This document shows positions 19,957-29,112 of a DNA stretch of 64,000 nucleotides, in pieces. The translations under genes were made by a program, and so were the position numbers. The notes beneath the pieces were generated by a model that saw only the letters and a list, made by a program, of their open reading frames with translations, was not told the DNA's origin and ran no database searches. Source of the stretch: a virus; IMG/VR virus record IMGVR_UViG_3300033997_000077, positions 32,001 through 96,000 of that record. One strand, written 5' to 3'. The stretch's first letter is position 1. Each line of letters starts with the position of its first letter.

Positions 19957-21669
19957 ATGGCCTTTAATACACAACATACCAGTGCTGGCGTGTACTTCTC
20001 GATCAATGATCGTGGAGCGAATGCCGTGCTGGCTGTCGGTGGGGTCGCGACTTTGGTAATGCCTCTTCCTCTCGGGATCGTTGGTAAGAACATGCGTGTT
20101 CTTGCTTCCGAAGTCGACGAGCTGCTTGGCCCGTCCGTTGGACGTTACTGGCAGAACGTTGAAATCCTGAAGTTGCTGGCGTCGCAAGCGCGCTACCTCA
20201 ACATCACTCGCGTTGGTCACAACGTCAAGTTCGCTGCCTCGATGGTAACGACCTTCAACAACTTCGCCACTACTCGCAACCTTGCTGCTGGTCTCGATAA
20301 CCTCGATACCGTGCTGTTCAACGACAAGGACATCATGCTGGTAGCGGCCCGTCACGCTGGCGATAACGGCAAGAACTACTACTTCGCGTTCGAGCCTGAC
20401 CTCACGGATCCTGATGGCGAATCCTTCAACTTCTACGTGTATCGCGTCGGGTACAAAACCCCGATTCATACCTACCGTGGTTGCACGCTCTTCTACAAGA
20501 AGGACGACAACAACGAGCAGAAGTTTATCGAAGAGATGGTGAACAACGATCACCTCTGCCCCATCATGGTGTTCGTCAACGAAGACCACTACAAGCTCAA
20601 GAGCGACCCGCGCTATCTGGCAATCAACGCCATCGGCGGTGGCCCCCGTGACCCGAACGCCCCGAACGCTCCGCACGGCCAGCTGCTGCACGGAAGCGAC
20701 GGTGACGAAATCGACATCTACAGCGATGACGAAGAAGTCCGCAACCGTTCACTGGCTCTCATGCTGGAAGGCTGGGAGAACTACCGCGACTGGGAAACCG
20801 TGCGCGTTGGTATCGCGTGCGACGGCGGCTACGCTCACCCTGCGATTGCTTCCAAGATTGCGGAGATCTCCGAAGACCGGATGGACTGCATTTCGAACAA
20901 CAACGTTCCGGTGCAGTGGCAGTATCACGAAGATGCTATCGCCTATCGCTACGGTCGCAAGCTGCTCGACGGCATGGGCCTGAACATGGCTACCGCGTTC
21001 GCAACCCTGAGCAACAACGACATCGAGTACCGCGCGTCCAGCGTGGAGCGTAACATGTGGGTGCCTTGCTCTGTGGCAATGACCTACGCGATGTTGGAGT
21101 GCGACAAGGATCGTAGCTGGCTTGCTCCCGCTGGTCTGAATCGCGGCGGTTTCCCGTGGGGTCTGCGTCTGCGCCATGAAGCTCCGCTTCCGGTGCGTGA
21201 CATCCTCAACGACAACCAGATCAACTTCCCGATCCACTTCAAGTCTCCGGTCGCTCCCAATGATGCCGTCGGTATCTACATGTGGAACGCGGACACTCTG
21301 AACGGGAAACGCTCACCGCTGGACGACATCGGTGTGCAGCGTCTGCTCTCCGTCATTACCGAAAGCGTGCGTGTTAGCTTCCTGCGTTACAACTTCGAGA
21401 ACGACAGTACCGTGCTCCGCAAAGAGCTGAAGACTGACCTCGACGACAACGTGTTGCAGCCCATCACGAACGGTCGCGGTCTGGACTGGTACGAGTCAGT
21501 AGTTGATCGCCGGAACAACACCAACGCCAGCTCGGCCAACGGTGATCTGTACGTCGACGTCTTCCTCGACCCGACCCGCTACACCAAACGTATTCACCTG
21601 AACTTGAACGTGGCCCCGACGGGCAACCTCAAGGCGGTGGTTTCCCTCATTGAACGTGGACAGGTATAA
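19957..21669 (+). CDS. Tail sheath protein
   Basis: SAGVYFSIND N-terminus, WLAPAGLNRG, LNDNQIN, VQRLL, FEND, and a C-terminal NN......G.L.VDV...P. Confidence 0.92.
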   Translation: MAFNTQHTSAGVYFSINDRGANAVLAVGGVATLVMPLPLGIVGKNMRVLASEVDELLGPSVGRYWQNVEILKLLASQARYLNITRVGHNVKFAASMVTTFNNFATTRNLAAGLDNLDTVLFNDKDIMLVAARHAGDNGKNYYFAFEPDLTDPDGESFNFYVYRVGYKTPIHTYRGCTLFYKKDDNNEQKFIEEMVNNDHLCPIMVFVNEDHYKLKSDPRYLAINAIGGGPRDPNAPNAPHGQLLHGSDGDEIDIYSDDEEVRNRSLALMLEGWENYRDWETVRVGIACDGGYAHPAIASKIAEISEDRMDCISNNNVPVQWQYHEDAIAYRYGRKLLDGMGLNMATAFATLSNNDIEYRASSVERNMWVPCSVAMTYAMLECDKDRSWLAPAGLNRGGFPWGLRLRHEAPLPVRDILNDNQINFPIHFKSPVAPNDAVGIYMWNADTLNGKRSPLDDIGVQRLLSVITESVRVSFLRYNFENDSTVLRKELKTDLDDNVLQPITNGRGLDWYESVVDRRNNTNASSANGDLYVDVFLDPTRYTKRIHLNLNVAPTGNLKAVVSLIERGQV

Positions 21670-21671
21670 CC

Positions 21672-22409
21672 ATGAAGCTGAACATCAAGACCGTATCCGT
21701 TTCCGCAGCCGCTGACTTTCTGGATGCCGACAAGCACCTCAATCTGAAAAAGGTCGAAGCCGCTGGCAAGAAGATCGTTGCTGCCGCTGAGCGTTTCGCC
21801 AAGGCTCAAGCCAAGGGTGACGCAGTAGCCGCCAAGGTTATCGCTCGCATCGGATCTAAAACTCCGAAGCAGATCGAGAAAGCGATGAAGCCTGTTGGCT
21901 ACTACGTGATGAACAAGAAAGTGCACTCCAAGGTAGAGAACTACTCTGCCGTTAAGGCCAAGAAAGGCGATGCCGCCTATCTGCGCAAGCGCGCTTTCCG
22001 TGTTATGAGCCGCAAGACTCCGACCGATGCCTACGCCGTCCTCTCTCCGATCTACGACGTTCGCATTCTTGGCAAAGAAGCTGCTGCCATCCAGCGTGAC
22101 CTGATCAAGGCCATCGAAACCCATATGGGCGGACTGGACAAGACCAAGGGCCGCGCCAGCGAAATCACTCAGGCGACCCAAGCAGCCAACACCGCTGACT
22201 TCCGCAAGTCCGCTGATTTGGTGATTGGTACTCTGATCGGTGCTGCTGGCTCCAAGATCAAACAAGCCAACGTGTTCGAGTCTACTCCGGCGCGTGGCGT
22301 TCCCGCCGTTTACATCAACGTGCCCGGCGCTGGTGTTCTGGTTCTGCGTCATGCAACCAAAGCACAGCTGGCAGCTGCCAAGAAAGCCGCCGCAACTCCG
22401 GCCCAGTAA
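21672..22409 (+). CDS. Lys/Ala-rich basic protein with SVS leader; candidate internal head protein
   Basis: MKLNIKTVSVSAA leader; K/A-rich; highly expressed codon usage. Confidence 0.6.
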   Translation: MKLNIKTVSVSAAADFLDADKHLNLKKVEAAGKKIVAAAERFAKAQAKGDAVAAKVIARIGSKTPKQIEKAMKPVGYYVMNKKVHSKVENYSAVKAKKGDAAYLRKRAFRVMSRKTPTDAYAVLSPIYDVRILGKEAAAIQRDLIKAIETHMGGLDKTKGRASEITQATQAANTADFRKSADLVIGTLIGAAGSKIKQANVFESTPARGVPAVYINVPGAGVLVLRHATKAQLAAAKKAAATPAQ

Positions 22410-22421
22410 TCAGGAGACACC

Positions 22422-22937
22422 ATGTCTAAGCCTACCCTTGACGAGTTCGAGTCCACTGGCGACCCGATGCTCGATGACAACTTCGAGATCATCTTCTCCA
22501 ACTTGCCTGTCGACGGCATGGACGGCGCGAAAAGCCTGCGCATTCATACCAAGACTGGTACGCTGCCCGGCGCAACCATTGAAGAAGTGATCAAAGAAGC
22601 GTTCGGTTATCAACTCCGCTACGCGGGCCGCAAGACTTTCAGCGGCTCGTTCCAGATGGAGTTCAACGAAAACCATCAAGCGAAGATCCTCAAGATCATG
22701 CGCAAGTGGCACGCGAAAATCCGTACCACCAAGACCGCACTCGGTCGCTTCAAGAAAGAGTACGCTGCAACCGTAACCTTCCGCCTGCTGGATCAAACTG
22801 GCGCGATGGTGGATGAAACCACCATCAAAGGCGTGTGGCCGGGTCAAGTACCTGACTATCAGTTCAGTGGTGCGGCGCAAGCTGTTCCCTGTTCTATTGA
22901 CTTCAAGTTCGACTACATCCTGACCGATGCGGACTGA
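22422..22937 (+). CDS. Tail tube protein (T4 gp19-like)
   Basis: TLPG, YAGRKTF, W in the central helix, LLDQTG, GVWP, F.FDY. Confidence 0.88.
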   Translation: MSKPTLDEFESTGDPMLDDNFEIIFSNLPVDGMDGAKSLRIHTKTGTLPGATIEEVIKEAFGYQLRYAGRKTFSGSFQMEFNENHQAKILKIMRKWHAKIRTTKTALGRFKKEYAATVTFRLLDQTGAMVDETTIKGVWPGQVPDYQFSGAAQAVPCSIDFKFDYILTDAD

Positions 22938-22950
22938 GCGCAGTAGCGAT

Positions 22951-22972
22951 AAGGGGGCCTAGTGCCCCCTTT
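22951..22972 (+). terminator. Stem-loop/terminator after tube gene
   Basis: AAGGGGGC-CTAGT-GCCCCCTT-T, abutting the next GGAGG RBS. Confidence 0.65.
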
Positions 22973-22981
22973 GGAGGATCT

Positions 22982-23647
22982 ATGCTCTTAAATTTGAGCC
23001 TATCCGCCGCCAAGCCGCAGTACACTGAATTCGACTGGTTCAAGTTTACTGGGGTGCGTGGTGTATATCTCGAAAACAAGGAATACGAAGTCCAAATCGA
23101 CGCGGGCGAACGCTTCGGTGTTTTCATCGCGCAGCGTGGCGTTATCTACGTTGTGCACGAAGACCTGCCGACTGAGCTGTTCAAGTGCGATGCGAAAACC
23201 GCACGCTCTCTAATGAGTCGAGCAACGTACTACAAGGGACGCGTTAAGGGCAAAGCTGTAAACAACAGCAGACTTGTCAAAGGCGCGAACGTTCCACGTG
23301 ACCCGACTGCGCAGCCGCCAGCAGACCCAGCACCGGAAACCAAAACCAAAGCTGTGGGCAACGCCAAAGACATCTTGACCGCAATCCGCAAGCAATCGTT
23401 CGCCAAGCCGCGCAGTATCACCTACATGCGCAGTGCCGATATGGGCGAGGGCAAAGTGTTCTACTACGACGCGACTTCTTCCTACGTTGAATCCAAGTTG
23501 AAGGCCGCACAGTGGGAGAAGCACGCGGAGAAGATGCTGCTTGCCGCAATGGCGGGCACCAGTCACGAAGTCGGGGCAGTCGTGCAGCAACCAACATCAA
23601 AGACGCAGCCCGAGCGGGCGGTGTTGATGGTTAAGGTGGACACATGA
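22982..23647 (+). CDS. Protein with SLS leader and domain paralogous to the N-terminus of 1566..3875
   Basis: MLLNLSLSAA; FDWFKFTG...GERFGV...YVVHEDLP.ELFK. Confidence 0.65.
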   Translation: MLLNLSLSAAKPQYTEFDWFKFTGVRGVYLENKEYEVQIDAGERFGVFIAQRGVIYVVHEDLPTELFKCDAKTARSLMSRATYYKGRVKGKAVNNSRLVKGANVPRDPTAQPPADPAPETKTKAVGNAKDILTAIRKQSFAKPRSITYMRSADMGEGKVFYYDATSSYVESKLKAAQWEKHAEKMLLAAMAGTSHEVGAVVQQPTSKTQPERAVLMVKVDT

Positions 23648-24156
23648 CCGTTACGCTGGCACAACTCGAAAAACATTCTGAAGGTCAATACGAGCCGTGG
23701 CAATCAGACAAGTGGAAAGTGCTGGCGATGCCCACCCTCGGCGGCGTCAAACTTCCCATTGAGTTGATTGAAGCTGTGACGCCGCCGTTCAACGTGCTGC
23801 AAGAGCGCGCGAAGAACATTGCATCCAGTGAAATCTACTTTGCCAACGGAACGCGGGCCGGACAATTTTCGCTGGAAGCTGCATCGACGGCCAAGCTGCA
23901 TGCACTGCGCTACTTCGACACGTGGCAGCAGATGATTCAGAACCCGTTCACTGGTGGCTTCCGGCTCCCGTCAACCTACAAGAAGAACATCAGCTGTGGG
24001 CTGTACGATCCAACCGGACAACTCGTAGTGACGATTGAAGTGCGCAACGCGTGGCCTGTTTCTTACGATGGGCTGGCGCTTGCACGTCAGTCGTCTAACG
24101 AGCCGTTGGTCGTGCAGTTCAAGTGTGATGCCTGTCGTCTAATCTGGAGTACATGA
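23644..24156 (+). CDS. Second tube-fold protein (tube initiator, gp54-like)
   Basis: YF..WQ..I, YKK.I...LYD..G, NAWP, V.F tube-like pattern. Confidence 0.7.
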   Translation: MTVTLAQLEKHSEGQYEPWQSDKWKVLAMPTLGGVKLPIELIEAVTPPFNVLQERAKNIASSEIYFANGTRAGQFSLEAASTAKLHALRYFDTWQQMIQNPFTGGFRLPSTYKKNISCGLYDPTGQLVVTIEVRNAWPVSYDGLALARQSSNEPLVVQFKCDACRLIWST

Positions 24157-24893
24157 TGCTTGTTACTGCTAACGAACTTGGTTCCAAACTTGTTGTCGCG
24201 GATCCGCCCATCGAGTCATTCGAGATGCGGAAGTTTCGCGGTGCTGACCTGCGGCGCGTGTGGGAAGCAAAGCCCAAGAACTCGACCGAAGAGCTTATGG
24301 CATTCGGTCACGCGATTCGCGATTGCATCGACCCAGAATCCTGCGACGTCGACAACTTGATGAACAGCCTGACTATCTACGATGCGTGGCAGCTGGTAGT
24401 TCGTCAGTGGCAAGAATCCGGCGTCCCCATGCTGCTGAAGGGTGTGTGCAACCATCCGGTGTATCACATCGTTGATGCCGATGGCATGCAGACGTCAGTG
24501 TACTCGGCAAGCAACGTTCCGGAAACCGCAACGGTGTTGAGCGTGGATGCGTGTGGCGGTACTGCTTCCGCTTACCTCAAGGCCGAAGACGTGCAAGTGG
24601 TTCAAGTCCACAGCGACTGCATGCAGCAAACTCCGCTACCTGACCTCACGCTCCCGTTGTTGCGTCAACTGTACGAAGACGATTACGATTCTACGGATCG
24701 TGTTCACCTTCTGCGTATGGTGCTGGCGGCGCACGACATTGACGAGCTGGAAGCAGCAGACATTATGAGCGTCGGCAAGTGGTTGTCCCACAACAAGCAC
24801 GGCGTGCGTAATGGCGCGTTCCTGCTTTGCCCTCAGTGCGGTCGCCAGTCTACCACCACTTGGCAAATGAACATCGGAGTGTTCTTTGAGTAA
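24153..24893 (+). CDS. Putative baseplate hub assembly/tail chaperone (gp26-like)
   Basis: LTIYD..L, C-terminal HG....CPQCG; lies upstream of tape measure. Confidence 0.5.
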   Translation: MMLVTANELGSKLVVADPPIESFEMRKFRGADLRRVWEAKPKNSTEELMAFGHAIRDCIDPESCDVDNLMNSLTIYDAWQLVVRQWQESGVPMLLKGVCNHPVYHIVDADGMQTSVYSASNVPETATVLSVDACGGTASAYLKAEDVQVVQVHSDCMQQTPLPDLTLPLLRQLYEDDYDSTDRVHLLRMVLAAHDIDELEAADIMSVGKWLSHNKHGVRNGAFLLCPQCGRQSTTTWQMNIGVFFE

Positions 24894-25755
24894 CATCGCT
24901 GCCCGCTTCGGCGGATTCCCCAGCGGGCTCGACGACGTTGGCCTCTACCCAATGTTGTCTCACCATATGGGCCCGCTGTTCACGGCGATTCACTATCGGT
25001 CGCCGGAGTTGCTGGTCGACGTTATCCAGAGTCTGTGCACTTACGACGTGCTGACGATGGAGGACGATGACTTCCGCTATCTGCTCGCACTCGTTGACCG
25101 TGTGTCGTACACCGAAGACAGCCGAGTGATCAACTGGCGCTGCCTCGCTCCCCGCTGGGTCAAAGGCGTGGAAGGCACAGCTGGCTTCGACTACACACCC
25201 GTCAATCCACACAATCCGAAGTACCGGAAGACTGTGTGCGACTCTCTCAATACGCAAGACGTGCGCTTCACCGTCAAGGTTGTGGGCGAACGTCGTAAAC
25301 TTCCAGCCAACATGAAGCACCCGCTGATCAGTTCGCTGGAACCCGCGTACTCCGCAATCAAGAATGGCTATCCCGAAGACCTGATCATGGCGGCCCGTTG
25401 GGTCGATTGTGATTGGCCGCTGGAAGCCATTGCGGATTCTCTAACATGCGAAGAGCTGGCGACGATCAAACGTCACATGTATTCCCGCATCGTTGTCCAG
25501 CAGAAACTGCGCTGCGCATTCTGCCCTAACGAAGTCCTCAACGTTGACCCACTCGACATGTTCGGTTTTCTGCGCGTCTTCAGTGACGTGTCGATGATGA
25601 ACATGCAGTTCAACCTGAGCATGCACTTCAACGCTTGCATCCCCGAAGACATCCCGCTCAAGCGGCTGCTGTATCACCACGGCTGCTACGTTCAGGATCG
25701 ACGCGAAGCCGAGCGGAAGAAACGGGAAGCAGCGGCAGCAGCGCATAGGAGTTAA
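24886..25755 (+). CDS. Putative baseplate/tail assembly chaperone (gp26/gp51-like)
   Basis: TTG start after GGAG; FPSG, CAFC and a helical charged C-terminus. Confidence 0.5.
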   Translation: MSNIAARFGGFPSGLDDVGLYPMLSHHMGPLFTAIHYRSPELLVDVIQSLCTYDVLTMEDDDFRYLLALVDRVSYTEDSRVINWRCLAPRWVKGVEGTAGFDYTPVNPHNPKYRKTVCDSLNTQDVRFTVKVVGERRKLPANMKHPLISSLEPAYSAIKNGYPEDLIMAARWVDCDWPLEAIADSLTCEELATIKRHMYSRIVVQQKLRCAFCPNEVLNVDPLDMFGFLRVFSDVSMMNMQFNLSMHFNACIPEDIPLKRLLYHHGCYVQDRREAERKKREAAAAAHRS

Positions 25756-25757
25756 CC

Positions 25758-28070
25758 ATGATTCTGCCCTCACATTACGCGTTGCTTACGGAAGCAGCCG
25801 ATGCCGTGGCTTTAGGCGGTGTCATTGGCGAGCCTACGAAGGAACGCAAGCTACGCGGCAAACCCCGTGCCCGTGACGAACGCGGGCGCTTCATCCGACA
25901 GGATCAAGTCGCGGTTGCTGCGCGCACTGAAGCCCCCAACATTGACCGCGCGAAGCCCGAAGAGGTGGATGCCGCGTACCAAGAAGCATTCACCTCTCTC
26001 AGCACAGTGAAGATGGAAGAGCTTCTACTCGGCAGCAACGAACGCCTCGACCAACTGCTCGAACTTATCGGCAAGTGGTGGAAGTGGGAGAAGCGCCAAG
26101 TTCAAATCATGCGGGCCGAAACCCGTGAGCGTCGTCGCCTTGAGGAAATGGAAGCGCTGCACAATCGCCAGCGTAACCAAGTTGCCCAGCAACAGCAGGG
26201 CCAAGGCGGGGGCCTGTTCGGTGACATGTTCGGTGGCGGCCCCGACGTCGGTGGTAACGGCAAAGACCGCAAGAAGAAAACACGCACGCGCAAAACCCCC
26301 ACACCCAAGAAGGCTGGTTTCTTCTCGCGTGCTGGGGGTAAACTGCTTTCCGGCATGAGCACTGCGGGCAAAGCAATCGCACTTACTGCAACTGGTGCCC
26401 TCGGTCTCGTCGGTGCCAGCACTGTTCTCAGTGACGGGCCGGAACCCGAAGACCTCGACCGCGAACGTAAGCCGAAACCCAAAGCCGAAACTCCGGAAGT
26501 CAAGCGCAACGCGGCAGCCGCTGCGGAAGAAGCGCCGGATCTGAAGCGTGCGACGAAAGCGGCGCAGGCTGAGAAGGGACTGTTCAGCAAACTCGGCGGG
26601 CTCGGGAAGATTGGCGGTATCGCCGGATCCCTACTCACTGTCGGTCTCGTCGGCAACGAGGTTATGTCGATCAAAGACAATGACACGTTGACCGACAAAG
26701 AAAAGGATCGTGAGTACAGCAAACTCGGTGGCGCAACTGCTGGCTCCGTTGTTGGTGGCGCGGGTGGCGCGTGGCTCGGTGCACAAGGCGGTGCAGCTGC
26801 TGGCGCAATCGTTGGATCTGTTGTGCCCATTTTGGGTACGGCTGTCGGTGCAGCTGTTGGTACTGCGGTCGGCGCTGTGCTCGGCGGCGGTGTCGGTTCG
26901 TGGTTCGGTAGCGAGGCTGGCGAAGAAGCTGGCACTATGGTGTACGACGTTGTGGTGCGTGACGACCAAGTGAAGAAGGACGAAGACGCGCACAAGGTCA
27001 AAGCCGAACTCAAGTCCCCCGAGTTGGAGAAGATTGCGAAGGCCACAGACACCAACAACGGCGGCAGCTGGTGGCAACGCCTGCTCGGTATAGGTGGCGG
27101 CTCCCCGACTGCTGGCAGCTACTCGCAAGGTGTAAGCGGAATGTCGTTTCCTTCTATGGGATACGGCGCGAATCGCGACAACGTTGTTCCGCGTGCGGGC
27201 TCTCCAAGTCAGAAGCTGGACTACCGCGCGGATCCCAACTACGTCGTGGGCCAAGGTGTGCTGAAGAACCTGCCGCGTCACAACGATCAGGAAGCGCGCT
27301 TGTCGCAGTGGTCAAACCTCATTGAGGAAAAGGCTGCCGCGCGGGGCGTTGACCCGTTGCTGGTGCGCAGCGTAATGAAGCAAGAGTCTGGCGGTAAGGC
27401 CGACGCCAGATCCCCGACTGGTGTAGAGGGATTGATGCAGCTGACGCAAGTCACGGCACGGGAAGTTGGATTGACCGACCGCCGTGATCCGGCGCAGAGC
27501 ATTGACGGCGGTGCCCACTACTTGGCTAAGCAGCTGAAGGCGTTCAACGGTAACGTGCCGCTGGCGTTGGCTGCATACAACGGTGGTGCTGGCAATATAC
27601 GTAAAGCAATGCGTGCTGCTGGTTCCGACGATCCAGAGAAAGTGCTGGCTGCTCTACCGACCGTCATGCGCGATCAGGCGAAGGTTCGTGAGATTCAGGG
27701 TTACGTGAAGAACATCACGCGATACCATCAGGAGTATCAGGAACAAGCCAAGGCCGTTGACCCCAACGTGAAGCAAGCGGAGAAAACTGTCGAGCGCGAT
27801 AAGTCGACGCCTGAAGTGGAAGTGGCTCGCACTGACACCAGCGACAACATCGTGACGCAGACCACACCGCCGCCACCGCCGATGCTTGCTGCGCCAACGC
27901 CGCAGAAGCCTGAGTCGAATCGTCAGCAACGTGCCCCGACCGTGAACCGGACGCGCCGTGACTCGTCCCAGCAAGTGGCGCAAGCAGCAACGAATCCGAC
28001 ATCGTTGGATGATATGCCGCTACTGCTTACCGACCACGGACTGGGCAGTATGCTGACAGGACGCATCTAA
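25758..28070 (+). CDS. Tape-measure-like protein with lytic transglycosylase (SLT) domain
   Basis: Gly-zipper hydrophobic segments plus MKQESGG, GLMQL, ALAAYNGG and E...YV SLT motifs. Confidence 0.85.
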   Translation: MILPSHYALLTEAADAVALGGVIGEPTKERKLRGKPRARDERGRFIRQDQVAVAARTEAPNIDRAKPEEVDAAYQEAFTSLSTVKMEELLLGSNERLDQLLELIGKWWKWEKRQVQIMRAETRERRRLEEMEALHNRQRNQVAQQQQGQGGGLFGDMFGGGPDVGGNGKDRKKKTRTRKTPTPKKAGFFSRAGGKLLSGMSTAGKAIALTATGALGLVGASTVLSDGPEPEDLDRERKPKPKAETPEVKRNAAAAAEEAPDLKRATKAAQAEKGLFSKLGGLGKIGGIAGSLLTVGLVGNEVMSIKDNDTLTDKEKDREYSKLGGATAGSVVGGAGGAWLGAQGGAAAGAIVGSVVPILGTAVGAAVGTAVGAVLGGGVGSWFGSEAGEEAGTMVYDVVVRDDQVKKDEDAHKVKAELKSPELEKIAKATDTNNGGSWWQRLLGIGGGSPTAGSYSQGVSGMSFPSMGYGANRDNVVPRAGSPSQKLDYRADPNYVVGQGVLKNLPRHNDQEARLSQWSNLIEEKAAARGVDPLLVRSVMKQESGGKADARSPTGVEGLMQLTQVTAREVGLTDRRDPAQSIDGGAHYLAKQLKAFNGNVPLALAAYNGGAGNIRKAMRAAGSDDPEKVLAALPTVMRDQAKVREIQGYVKNITRYHQEYQEQAKAVDPNVKQAEKTVERDKSTPEVEVARTDTSDNIVTQTTPPPPPMLAAPTPQKPESNRQQRAPTVNRTRRDSSQQVAQAATNPTSLDDMPLLLTDHGLGSMLTGRI

Positions 28071-28079
28071 GGAGAATGT

Positions 28080-28826
28080 ATGGCTAACTATTTCATGCGA
28101 GGGGCTGCGACAGTCGCTGCTGGTGCCCCGCGTGGACGTGACGCAATGGTGCACGTCGACAAGATGTATCAGCTCCACATTCACAACAAAGCGGGCACCG
28201 TTAAGTTCTCCGGTTACGTGCCGGAGGATTTCAACATCAGCCTAGCAAGTAACTGGGTTGCACCGTTCGCGGGCATGGGCTTGAGCGACGTGCCGGGCGC
28301 AAACAACAGAGCGGTCGGCGTAGACCGAACGTTGAAGTTCTCCGGCTACTCGTCGCTGCACAAGCTGGTCAGTGCGCGAGTGTGGGAATCTCCGCAGTAC
28401 CTGACGCTTGAACTTCCGATCTTCCTCGACGCGTACCACTCGACGCAAGAAGAGGTAATGGATCCTATGGTTCAATTGTTGAGCATGGCGGCACCAGATG
28501 AAATCGGCGGGCTGCTCATTCCTCCGGGGCCCGCTCCGGCTAAGGAAGTGCTCAACGCTGCAATGAATGCTGTGACTGACGTGACTGGTGTTGGGCATGC
28601 GCAAGAGTTCGATTCGCAAGAGGCATTCACGGTGCGCCTTGGTACGTTCTTCGCAATGAATCCGGCAATCATCACCAACGTTAGCGCCAGCGGTGACTGT
28701 GCATTCGAGGACAGCACGGGCCATCCTATTGCTGCCGACTTCATGGTGACCGTTGAGTCATACTTCGCAGTAACCCGCAAGGATCTGCAAGCATGGTTCA
28801 ATCCCCAAACGTTGGGCAATCTGTAA
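28080..28826 (+). CDS. Baseplate tube-cap-like protein (gp48-like)
   Basis: Follows tape measure; W.SP...LEL, IIT.VS, G.PI.A...V pattern. Confidence 0.55.
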   Translation: MANYFMRGAATVAAGAPRGRDAMVHVDKMYQLHIHNKAGTVKFSGYVPEDFNISLASNWVAPFAGMGLSDVPGANNRAVGVDRTLKFSGYSSLHKLVSARVWESPQYLTLELPIFLDAYHSTQEEVMDPMVQLLSMAAPDEIGGLLIPPGPAPAKEVLNAAMNAVTDVTGVGHAQEFDSQEAFTVRLGTFFAMNPAIITNVSASGDCAFEDSTGHPIAADFMVTVESYFAVTRKDLQAWFNPQTLGNL

Positions 28827-28837
28827 AGAGGTAGGTT

Positions 28838-29104
28838 ATGATCGACCAATTTGGAATGGATCCCCTGCGCGACAAGACCTACGATCTGTTGACGGGTGAT
28901 TTCACTCCGCACGAAGTGAAACAGACTGAAGTTGCGAACCCCCAGCTGATTGCGAAGCGCTATTACAACTCGCACAGCTTGTTCTACATCATTCTGTCAT
29001 TTAATGGGCTGGTGCATCAATGCGAAGTTCGCGCGGGAATGATCCTGCGCATTCCGCGCCTTGACCGCACCAAGAAAGCCGAGACCAAGACCTACGAGTT
29101 CTAG
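28838..29104 (+). CDS. LysM-like baseplate wedge protein (gp53/gpX-like)
   Basis: PQLIAKRYY...LFYIIL.FNG.....AGMILRIP. Confidence 0.75.
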   Translation: MIDQFGMDPLRDKTYDLLTGDFTPHEVKQTEVANPQLIAKRYYNSHSLFYIILSFNGLVHQCEVRAGMILRIPRLDRTKKAETKTYEF

Positions 29105-29112
29105 GAGGCATC

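Noticed and set aside
24880-24893. Programmed frameshift between the two pre-tape-measure genes
   Set aside because: No XXXYYYZ slippery heptamer; the overlap is explained by a GGAG RBS and TTG start.
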